A stretch of DNA of 64,000 nucleotides, taken from the NCBI GenBank assembly GCA_005223125.1, contig NJBH01000006.1:64001-128000 (forward strand). The letters are read 5' to 3'. Origin of the DNA: Promethearchaeota archaeon Loki_b32 (GTDB taxonomy: Archaea; Asgardarchaeota; Lokiarchaeia; Sigyniarchaeales; SOKP01). Positions 29,369-37,165 of this stretch are shown here, one piece after another; position 1 is the stretch's first letter; each line of letters begins with the position of its first letter. Under the pieces are notes generated by a model. It was not told the origin of the DNA, made no database searches, and saw only the letters and a list, made by a program, of their open reading frames with translations. The position numbers were made by a program, and so were the translations under genes.

Positions 29369-30415
29369 CTAAATAATGATCAATTTATCTTGAATTGGAT
29401 CATTTAGTAAAATCCTATAATATTCCATATCATCTTTAAACCTTGCTTTTTCTAATTTACCTTCAACTATTACCTTTTCACTTTTTTTTACATGCTCACA
29501 AAAACGACCTCTAAATGAATTAATTTCATTTATGTCTCTCATATCTATATCTTTTGCATTAAAATTGCTTTTAAGAATTTTTATGGGATTTATTTTATAT
29601 GAACAAGGAGTAAAAATTGAATCTTTTGAATCTAAAATATCGGCTTTGAGTCTAATTCTTCCAATATTTTTATATTGATAATCATAAAAATTGCCATTCC
29701 AATCTTTAGGACTTTTAATATATCTTATAAAAAAATCATGGTTCATATGCTTGCCTTGATGTAACTTGCGTTGTTCACTCCTAAGAAAATCATTAAAAGG
29801 AATATCAGATCCACCAACTCTCCACTCATAATGAGATTTATACTCATCTAGGTTATACTTCCGACAGTCATTTAATTCATTAAATATTTTTACTAATTTC
29901 TCTTGAAATTTTAAACTTGTTTCTGTACCGTATATTATTATATCAATATCAGATTTTTCAGTATTTAATCCTACCATTGTTGATCCTGTTATACCTATTG
30001 ATTTTTCAGGAAGATTGCCTTCAGTTATAAATAAATTACATAAATTTTTAGAACATGTTTCTATGTATGATAAATTATCTTTATCTAATAGGGTCTTAAA
30101 GAAACTTCGTGGAGTATAAATTTTTTTAATTTCTTGTATTTTGACTCCTTGGACTTCTAAGTCAATTTCTTTAGAATAAAAAAGGTAATCGGGATAATTC
30201 TCTCTCAAAAAGGAATATCGTTCATATAATTTATAGACTTTTTTAAAATGGATGCCTTTTTTTATCCTTTCTCCATCTGGATGGGGATAAAATCGTAAAA
30301 AGCAGATGATATAATCATTTGGATGTAGTAACCCTTTTACATCAAAAAACAAATTATCATTTTTTGTTTCTATATAATCTCCTTCAATTCCTTCAATATT
30401 TTTCATGAATTTCAC
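29369..30415 (-). CDS. Predicted archaeal Pol-beta-superfamily nucleotidyltransferase
   Basis: 'GITGS...G....SDIDIIIYG', 'VKGLLHP', C-terminal OB-like 'VEGKLE'. Confidence 0.8.
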   Translation of the reverse strand: MKFMKNIEGIEGDYIETKNDNLFFDVKGLLHPNDYIICFLRFYPHPDGERIKKGIHFKKVYKLYERYSFLRENYPDYLFYSKEIDLEVQGVKIQEIKKIYTPRSFFKTLLDKDNLSYIETCSKNLCNLFITEGNLPEKSIGITGSTMVGLNTEKSDIDIIIYGTETSLKFQEKLVKIFNELNDCRKYNLDEYKSHYEWRVGGSDIPFNDFLRSEQRKLHQGKHMNHDFFIRYIKSPKDWNGNFYDYQYKNIGRIRLKADILDSKDSIFTPCSYKINPIKILKSNFNAKDIDMRDINEINSFRGRFCEHVKKSEKVIVEGKLEKARFKDDMEYYRILLNDPIQDKLIII

Positions 30416-30426
30416 AATATTAGTAA

Positions 30427-31563
30427 TTAATACTTTGAAGGCGTCTTAGTTTTAATTTTTGAGGGAGTCTTCGATTTAATTTTTCTTAAATCTCTTTCAA
30501 ATTGTCTTTTTTCATTTAGAAATCGTTGCTTATCTTTTTCTAATTTATTTCTTTCACGTTTAATAATATTTTTTTCGCTTTCTAAGTTTGATTTTCGTTT
30601 TTCTAATTGTCTATATTCATTATTTAATCGTTTAAACTTTTCCTCTAAATTGGGAATTTTCCGGTTTAAGGACTGATACTTATTTTCTGCAGCTGGAACT
30701 TTTCTTTGTAATTCTTTTAATCTTGCCTCTTGTTGGCGTCTTCTTTTCTCCAACTCATTTGCATTTCTATCAGCTTTTTCTCTGGTCTTTTTTAGATCAA
30801 CTTTTTTCTTGTTAATCTCACGAGCTTTTAGATCTAAGTCTTGTTTTTTATATCGAGTTTTTTCTCTTTCTTCTTTTAATTTTTTCTTTTCATCAGAAAT
30901 ACGATTTTTTTCATCAATAATCTCTCTCCTTAAGCTATTGATTTCCCTATTTAAACGATCTCTTTCTTTATTTAGATCTTTAATTTCATTTCTTAAATCC
31001 ATTAATTTATCTTCCAAATCATTAGTAGTTCTGTTCAAGGCATTTTCTCTTCTTTCCATACCAGGAAGTTTCGTTTTAATTTCCTTTAAGCGATCTTCTG
31101 TTCTTGCCTTTTCTTTCTCTAAATATTTTTTTTCATTTCCAATTTCTTCTCTAAGTTTATCTAATTTATCTTGAAATCTTTCCAATTCAGCATTTTTTTG
31201 ATCTAATTCATCATTCTTTCTTCTGATTTTATCTTTAAATTGCCGTTCTTTTACATTTAACTCGTTTTTTTGTTGTTCTATTTCATTTTTCGCCACTTTT
31301 AATTCATTTCGCAGATTATCTCGTTGTTCAAGAAGATTTTTAACTTCAAATTCTCTATCCTTTCTTTTTCTTTCAAGATCCTCAATATTATACTTATAAG
31401 CCTCAATTTGATTAATTATTTTTTCCCATTCACTCTTCTCTTTATCCAGTTTGATTCTTTCTTTTTTTATTTTCTTAAGTAATTTTTTTTCTGGAATTGT
31501 TTCAAGTTCTTCCTCAGGTGTTTTTTCCCGAATTTCATATTTAGGAATTGGTTTGTCATCCAT
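30427..31563 (-). CDS. Long coiled-coil protein with an internal ~123-aa repeat and a KTPSK tail
   Basis: About 330 aa of K/E/R/L heptads; C-terminus KSKTPSKIKTKTPSKY. Confidence 0.8.
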   Translation of the reverse strand: MDDKPIPKYEIREKTPEEELETIPEKKLLKKIKKERIKLDKEKSEWEKIINQIEAYKYNIEDLERKRKDREFEVKNLLEQRDNLRNELKVAKNEIEQQKNELNVKERQFKDKIRRKNDELDQKNAELERFQDKLDKLREEIGNEKKYLEKEKARTEDRLKEIKTKLPGMERRENALNRTTNDLEDKLMDLRNEIKDLNKERDRLNREINSLRREIIDEKNRISDEKKKLKEEREKTRYKKQDLDLKAREINKKKVDLKKTREKADRNANELEKRRRQQEARLKELQRKVPAAENKYQSLNRKIPNLEEKFKRLNNEYRQLEKRKSNLESEKNIIKRERNKLEKDKQRFLNEKRQFERDLRKIKSKTPSKIKTKTPSKY

Positions 31564-31769
31564 GTTATTTCTACAATTCACTTTATTTTTTAATTAAATT
31601 ATATAATTATTGACTCTAAAGTGTTTGCATTCAAATTGCAATATTTAACTTTTTCTAACTGTTAAATCCATTTATATATTATAGTTTCTATTATTTTCAT
31701 ACTTAAAGTACTTAAAACTATAAAAATTCTCTATATTATAAATAAACCTATAATAACAGTGGTTATATT

Positions 31770-32192
31770 ATGAGTTTTGATGAAGAGGAAGAGTTTGACG
31801 AGGAATTCGACGAAGAAGATCTCGATGAAGAGTTAGATGAGCAGGATGAAGAAGAATTTGAGGATGAATTAGAAGAACCTTCTATAGTAGCATCTACTGA
31901 AGAGCCTGAATCTAAAACTCCAGCAACTAAAGTAATAGCTGAAGGGAAAAAAATTTCAGTCTATTTTATGTCAACTATAGGTCCCGGTGAAAAAAAACAA
32001 AAACTAGTTATAAATACAGGATATAGTGTTGGAGATATTAAGGAAACAGTAGCAAATTTATTTGGATTAGATCCTGCTGATTTTCATTTATCATCAAGTG
32101 GAATTACAATGGATGAGAGCTCATCTTTAAGAGATTATAATATAAGTGATGGAGACGATATACTTCTAATTCCCGCTAGTACAGCGGGCTAA
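31770..32192 (+). CDS. Ubiquitin-like modifier 1 (long acidic N-tail, ends -PASTAG)
   Basis: Beta-grasp pattern 'SVGDIKE.V', 'L...G..MD....L.DYNI.DGD.I.L'; terminal Gly. Confidence 0.88.
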   Translation: MSFDEEEEFDEEFDEEDLDEELDEQDEEEFEDELEEPSIVASTEEPESKTPATKVIAEGKKISVYFMSTIGPGEKKQKLVINTGYSVGDIKETVANLFGLDPADFHLSSSGITMDESSSLRDYNISDGDDILLIPASTAG

Positions 32193-32242
32193 ATTTCTAG
32201 AAAAAGTAAAATTTTCAAAGCAAGGTTTTATTTTCTTCACTT

Positions 32243-33031
32243 TTATTTTTTTTTTAAGGGAATCAGCGCAATTTCATCATCATCATCAATTTTATAATCT
32301 TTAATTTGTGAGTTTTCATTTAATAATATCCCCCCAGAAGAGAGAAGAAAGTCTTCTAAATTATAATCAAATAATCTCCCAATTCTCTCTTTAATTGGCT
32401 TTATTATCTCAGTTGTATCGAGTATAATTATCTTTGTTTTCTCGCCTGGTTCAAGTAAAGATCTTACATAAACACGGATCCGGTCTTCCATTTCAATCAG
32501 TTTCATAGGTTGTGTATAAAATACCTCCTCATCAGTGTTATCTCTGGTCTTCAACATATTTTCGATTAACGTTTTTCTCTCATTTTCATCGAAATATAAC
32601 ATTTCCCGGATAAACAAGATTTTGTCCACTTTTGATAAATCTAATAGGTTTATTTTATCTAATTCTTCTTGACTAAAAACTGAAAAGATATATTTATCGA
32701 TTATTGGTATATCCTTATAGGACTCGCTGGATTCAGTATAATCTTCTATTAAAGGTATGGCATCAATGTAATCTTCAATGATATCAACTTGTTTCCGTTT
32801 AATTAATTTTGAATCAGGTAAGATTTTTTTTTTCTTTATTTTTTCATCCCAACTACCTTTAGACTGTATAACTGTATATACTGTACTAGTAGATAAGATC
32901 GCAACGCTACCTACTGTTAGAATGAGAAATAAGAAGGAATTTTCTATACTGAATAAGAAAAATAGGAAATAGACCAAAATACAAACAGTATAAAGAGCGA
33001 TGACACTTAAAATTCTATATTTATTTCTCAT
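32243..33031 (-). CDS. 2-TM membrane protein with a C-terminal Ubl domain lacking the terminal Gly
   Basis: Two N-terminal TM helices. The C-terminal 'PGEK...IKE.I..LF....DF.LSSGGI..NE....DY.I.D.D.I.LIP' is paralogous to the flanking Ubls; ends LKKK. Confidence 0.85.
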   Translation of the reverse strand: MRNKYRILSVIALYTVCILVYFLFFLFSIENSFLFLILTVGSVAILSTSTVYTVIQSKGSWDEKIKKKKILPDSKLIKRKQVDIIEDYIDAIPLIEDYTESSESYKDIPIIDKYIFSVFSQEELDKINLLDLSKVDKILFIREMLYFDENERKTLIENMLKTRDNTDEEVFYTQPMKLIEMEDRIRVYVRSLLEPGEKTKIIILDTTEIIKPIKERIGRLFDYNLEDFLLSSGGILLNENSQIKDYKIDDDDEIALIPLKKK

Positions 33032-33110
33032 AACTTTTTAATTAGATTATTTTCTGAATTTAAAATATATATTTTTTCTTATAAAGATCTATGGAATAAT
33101 TTTGGAGTTT

Positions 33111-33788
33111 TTAATGTGACACACCCTGAATTGATTTTCTAACTTTAGAATAGTTTTTTGTATCTAATTGGAATACAATACGATTTTTAATTTTTTCAAT
33201 TTTTATTAATTTCAAATCTGTTAAAATGTCTATGTATTTTTTGATGGTACTATGATTCTTTTTCAAGCTGTTTGCAATTTCTGTAATTTTTAATGTTTTA
33301 TTTTCTTTTTTCATAAAGTTAATTATTTTTTGGACAATTTTCTTTTTTAAATAATAATACAACTCGTCAAGTTCTGGATTTGAATCAAATTTAAAGAAGA
33401 TTCTATGATTGTTAATTTGTTTTGATCTTACAAATAGGAATTTTTCTAAACATGATAAATGCCATAAAGCTTGATTACTTCCCATATTTAGAGCTCTCAT
33501 TATCTCATTAATATTAGAAGGATTCTTTTTTATATAGTTATAAATCTCATTTCGTTTTGGATGTTCAATAATATTATTTTTCATTAATCTTGTTCCTGGG
33601 ATAATAACACGTTTTTTTATTAAATCTTTTAAAATTAATTCAATTCTATTCTCATTTATATTTGGATTATATCTAACTCTATTATTTATATACGATATGA
33701 TTTCTTTGATTGAAAAGAACGTTTTTTTTGTTAAATACTCTTTTACTAATTCAAGAACGACAGATTTTGCATTATCCAGAGAACTCAT
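33111..33788 (-). CDS. Multi-winged-helix transcriptional regulator
   Basis: 'KRNEIYNYIKKNP..INEI.R.L......WHL..L' and a second HTH 'ITEIANSL.....IKKYI..L'. Confidence 0.82.
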   Translation of the reverse strand: MSSLDNAKSVVLELVKEYLTKKTFFSIKEIISYINNRVRYNPNINENRIELILKDLIKKRVIIPGTRLMKNNIIEHPKRNEIYNYIKKNPSNINEIMRALNMGSNQALWHLSCLEKFLFVRSKQINNHRIFFKFDSNPELDELYYYLKKKIVQKIINFMKKENKTLKITEIANSLKKNHSTIKKYIDILTDLKLIKIEKIKNRIVFQLDTKNYSKVRKSIQGVSH

Positions 33789-34055
33789 GAGCCTATACTT
33801 GTATTATGTTGATTTTTCTTGTTAAGTAATTATATATTCTCTCTAAAACAACATTTTTTGATTAATATATATTAATAGGCATTCATACAATTTATAATAT
33901 AATTTCTAAAGAATCCTAATTTGCTCCTTCTCTTATTTTTGATAAAACCATTAAAAACTTCAAAATCATTCCAAAGGGTTTTATTATATCTTTTTAATGC
34001 GATTTTATTAAGTTTACAAAAATAAAAAAATAAAAAAAAAAAGGATGTGTAATAA

Positions 34056-34391
34056 ATGAGTTTTGAAAATGAATTTGATGAGGATTTAGTTGGGAAGGAG
34101 CCTGTAAAATCTAAAACTCCCGCATCTAAAACCCCTTCAACAGGAAAGAAATTGACTTTGTATTTCATGTCTACTATTGGACCCGGTGAAAAGAAGGAAA
34201 AATTAACAGTAAATAACAATAATCGTGTGAGTGATATTAAACAAACACTTGGAAATTTATTTGGACTTAATCCAAACGATTTTCATTTATCATCTGGAGG
34301 TATTACAATGGATGAAAATAGCTACTTAAACGATTATAGTGTAAGTGATGGCGATGATATTCTTTTGATCCCTGCGAGTACTGCGGGGTAA
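34056..34391 (+). CDS. Ubiquitin-like modifier 2 (ends -PASTAG)
   Basis: 59/81 identical to the Ubl1 core by manual alignment; first gene of the E1-E2-JAB-RING run. Confidence 0.9.
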   Translation: MSFENEFDEDLVGKEPVKSKTPASKTPSTGKKLTLYFMSTIGPGEKKEKLTVNNNNRVSDIKQTLGNLFGLNPNDFHLSSGGITMDENSYLNDYSVSDGDDILLIPASTAG

Positions 34392-34423
34392 ACTTATATA
34401 ATTTTCTTCATAAACTATAATAT

Positions 34424-34460
34424 AAGGGCGCTAAGCCCTTTAATTTTTTTTATTTTTTTA
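34424..34460 (+). terminator. Hairpin plus T-tract between Ubl2 and E1
   Basis: AAGGGC-gctaa-GCCCTT (34424-34440) followed by T-runs. Confidence 0.55.
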
Positions 34461-34470
34461 ATAATTATAA

Positions 34471-35706
34471 TTGGTGATTATATTGGGAAAGAGTTCAGAT
34501 TTTTTTAGTAGAGGCCTGACATCGGAAGAGAGAAATTTATACGACCGCCAATTTAGGCTTGAGGGATGGTCTCAGAAACTAGTAAAAAACACTCGAGTTT
34601 TGATAGTTGGAGTTGGGGGATTAGGTTGCGAAATCGCAAAAAATCTGGCAATGTTAGGAATAGGACATTTAGATTTAGTAGATTTAGATATTATTGAACA
34701 TTCAAACTTAAATCGCCAAATTTTATTTACGGGTGCTAAATTGGGGGAACCTAAAGCAATCGTGGCGGCAAAAAAATTAACTGAAATAAATCCAAATATT
34801 AATGTAAATGGTTATCATACTTCCTTAGAGCGCCTAGATCCTGCAATATATAGAGCTGCTGACGTTATTATTGGAGGTCTTGACTCCATGAACGCTCGAT
34901 TGAATTTAAACGCTCAATGTGTAAGATTTAGGAAACCACTAGTAGATGGAGGTGTGTCAGGTTATCATGGTCATGTCTACACGATTTTTCCATTCAAAAA
35001 TGCATGTTATGAATGTAACCCGCTCCCTATAGCTGAAAGTGATGAGATGGCTGCATGTACTGTAGTAGGAATACCAAGAAAGAGGATTCACTGCATTTTT
35101 AAAGGAGATATGGCCTTTAAAGAAAAATTCGATAGGGATCCTAATCCAAAAAGTGTTGTTGATATTAAATTCATTCAAAAAGTTGCTAATGAATTAGTAA
35201 ATAAACATAATTTTCTCCCGGAATATACTCAAGATGATATTGTAAAGATTATCGATAGACATGATCCAGGAATAATTACCATAAATGCTGTCATTTCAGC
35301 ATTACAATCTCATGAAGCTATAAAAATCCTTCATTGGAAAAAAGGACATATAGGTTTAGGTGAACCAATAAAAACCTATGTTATTTTCAATGCAATGACA
35401 ATGATGTTTTATCATATTGAAAAAAAAAGAAATCCAGAATGTTCCCAATGTGGAAAAAAAGTTCGAAGATTTGTCGTGAAATTAAGAGCACGTTCTCCAT
35501 GTATTAATATAATCAAAGTATTAGAAAAACATGGTTTTAAGTTAGATCCTGATCTCGAACCCGTAATAACATTATTGGATTTTAATGATATTAAGATGAT
35601 TGATCTAGAACAGAATCCAATTGAAAATGGTTTAAGAAATTACGAATTTATGACTGCTGCAGGGTTTAAAGATGGAGAAATTTTTGTAACCTTAAAATTA
35701 AAATAA
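34471..35706 (+). CDS. Ubiquitin-like activating enzyme E1 (Uba2/Uba3-like)
   Basis: 'YDRQ', GVGGLG, 'DLDIIEHSNLNRQ', Zn pairs CYEC and CSQC, catalytic 'ACTVVGIPRKRIHCI'. Start may be TTG 34483. Confidence 0.93.
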   Translation: MVIILGKSSDFFSRGLTSEERNLYDRQFRLEGWSQKLVKNTRVLIVGVGGLGCEIAKNLAMLGIGHLDLVDLDIIEHSNLNRQILFTGAKLGEPKAIVAAKKLTEINPNINVNGYHTSLERLDPAIYRAADVIIGGLDSMNARLNLNAQCVRFRKPLVDGGVSGYHGHVYTIFPFKNACYECNPLPIAESDEMAACTVVGIPRKRIHCIFKGDMAFKEKFDRDPNPKSVVDIKFIQKVANELVNKHNFLPEYTQDDIVKIIDRHDPGIITINAVISALQSHEAIKILHWKKGHIGLGEPIKTYVIFNAMTMMFYHIEKKRNPECSQCGKKVRRFVVKLRARSPCINIIKVLEKHGFKLDPDLEPVITLLDFNDIKMIDLEQNPIENGLRNYEFMTAAGFKDGEIFVTLKLK

Positions 35707-35788
35707 AAAATTAATCTAAAAATGTTTTAAATAAAAAAGATTAATTGAAAAAAAATATTAATTATAATAAAAAAAAAGGGTTGAGAAT

Positions 35789-36316
35789 ATGAGTATAAGA
35801 AGTAGTAGAATCTCGCAAGATTTTGCGGGATTAAAAAAATTGTATAAACAAGGAACTATTATTCAGTTAAAACCATTTAATCCAAAAAGAAAGAGTATTG
35901 ATCATTTAGCAATTACTATTAAAGGACCTAAAGGTACTGTTTATGCAGGTGGTCTTTTTAAATTAGAAATGAAATTCCCTGCTCAGTATCCTAGACAACC
36001 ACCTTTTGTAAGACTGCATACTCCAATCTGGCATCCAAATTTTTGGGCAAAACCAAGTGAATATAAAGGACAAAGAAATATTTGTTTAGCATTAGTAGAT
36101 CCCTCCCTAACTGGTAAAAGAGGAGGGTGGAGTCCATCAAAAACAGCGGTTACCGTTGTTCAAGCAATAATTGCTATGTTAAACACACGAGGTAAATATG
36201 TAAATCCTACCGATGTTTTTAATAAAAAAGCTGCGATAGAGATGATGAAAAATCAGAAGTTTTTTGAGAAAAAAGTGAAGAATCTCGTGAAAAAGTATGC
36301 AAATAAAAAATGGTGA
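35789..36316 (+). CDS. Ubiquitin-conjugating enzyme E2
   Basis: 'GPKGTVYAGGLF', 'FP.QYP..PP', 'WHPNF...NICL', 'WSP'. Confidence 0.95.
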   Translation: MSIRSSRISQDFAGLKKLYKQGTIIQLKPFNPKRKSIDHLAITIKGPKGTVYAGGLFKLEMKFPAQYPRQPPFVRLHTPIWHPNFWAKPSEYKGQRNICLALVDPSLTGKRGGWSPSKTAVTVVQAIIAMLNTRGKYVNPTDVFNKKAAIEMMKNQKFFEKKVKNLVKKYANKKW

Positions 36317-36324
36317 TTACTTTA

Positions 36325-37137
36325 ATGGAGAATAAAGAATTAGCCAATAGTTCAATCAAAGACGTAATTAAAAAGAAGATAAAAGAAAAAATAAAACAAG
36401 AATTACTAGATGAAATATGTGAAGAACTTAAATTAGAGGAAGAAGAATTAACAGAAGAGATTTGTTCAATGCTTACTAAAAAAACCTCTGCCAAACCAAT
36501 AATAAAACTTTCTAAGATACCTACCGTCAAAATAGAAGAGAAAAAGCATGTTGAAATACAAATAGAAGAGGAAATACAAAAAGAAGTTTATATTTCAGTA
36601 AAAAGTATACTTAAAATAGCAAGTCATGCGCTTAAATATGCAAATTCTAAGATTCGAAGAGAGAATTGGGTGGAAGTTATTGGGCTTCTAGCAGGAAAAT
36701 TAGATAAAAACGAAATACTCCATATTGAAGATGCTTACCCAATGGGGCATGGAACGGCTGTATATGCCGAAATTAAAGATTATAAGAATTATGTGAGGGC
36801 ATTTAAAGATATTAAAAAACAGAGATTATTTATATGTGGATGGTATCATAGTCATCCTTCATATGGTCTTTTTATGAGTAATGAAGATATGGGCACTCAA
36901 GCAAGATATCAAACACTTTGGGATAAAGCAGTTGCTCTTGTTGTTGATCCATACCTAATTGACGGTACTTCACCAGGCTTTGAGATTTATAGCGCTAATT
37001 TGAAATCAAAAACATGGTATCCATTATTATACGGGATTAAAGGGTCATTAGATGTAAGAATGTTACCTGAAATATTGAAATTTATGCATCCCCTCATTGA
37101 AGGAAAGCCAGTATATCTTGAATATGATGAAGATTAA
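36325..37137 (+). CDS. JAB/MPN+ (JAMM) metallo-isopeptidase, Rpn11/CSN5-like
   Basis: 'EVIGLL.G', 'GWYHSHP.YG..MS..D', 'ALVVDP'. GGTGA SD overlaps the E2 stop (ORF is open from 36310). Confidence 0.93.
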   Translation: MENKELANSSIKDVIKKKIKEKIKQELLDEICEELKLEEEELTEEICSMLTKKTSAKPIIKLSKIPTVKIEEKKHVEIQIEEEIQKEVYISVKSILKIASHALKYANSKIRRENWVEVIGLLAGKLDKNEILHIEDAYPMGHGTAVYAEIKDYKNYVRAFKDIKKQRLFICGWYHSHPSYGLFMSNEDMGTQARYQTLWDKAVALVVDPYLIDGTSPGFEIYSANLKSKTWYPLLYGIKGSLDVRMLPEILKFMHPLIEGKPVYLEYDED

Positions 37138-37165
37138 AACAGAAGAATTTTGGTGATTTTAGACT

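Noticed and set aside
30427-31581. SMC/Rad50 or ESCRT-III subunit
   Set aside because: No Walker motifs, hinge or zinc hook, and no recognisable Snf7 pattern; it is only a generic coiled coil.
31775-31880. GAN-rich DNA repeat at the start of Ubl1 as a microsatellite or array
   Set aside because: It is explained by the Asp/Glu-rich protein tail, with varied synonymous codons.
31770-35706. ThiS/MoaD/SAMP sulfur-carrier system with a MoeB-type E1
   Set aside because: The adjacent E2, JAMM and RING genes and the Uba2/3-type catalytic Cys motif point to protein conjugation; no thiamine or Moco genes are adjacent.
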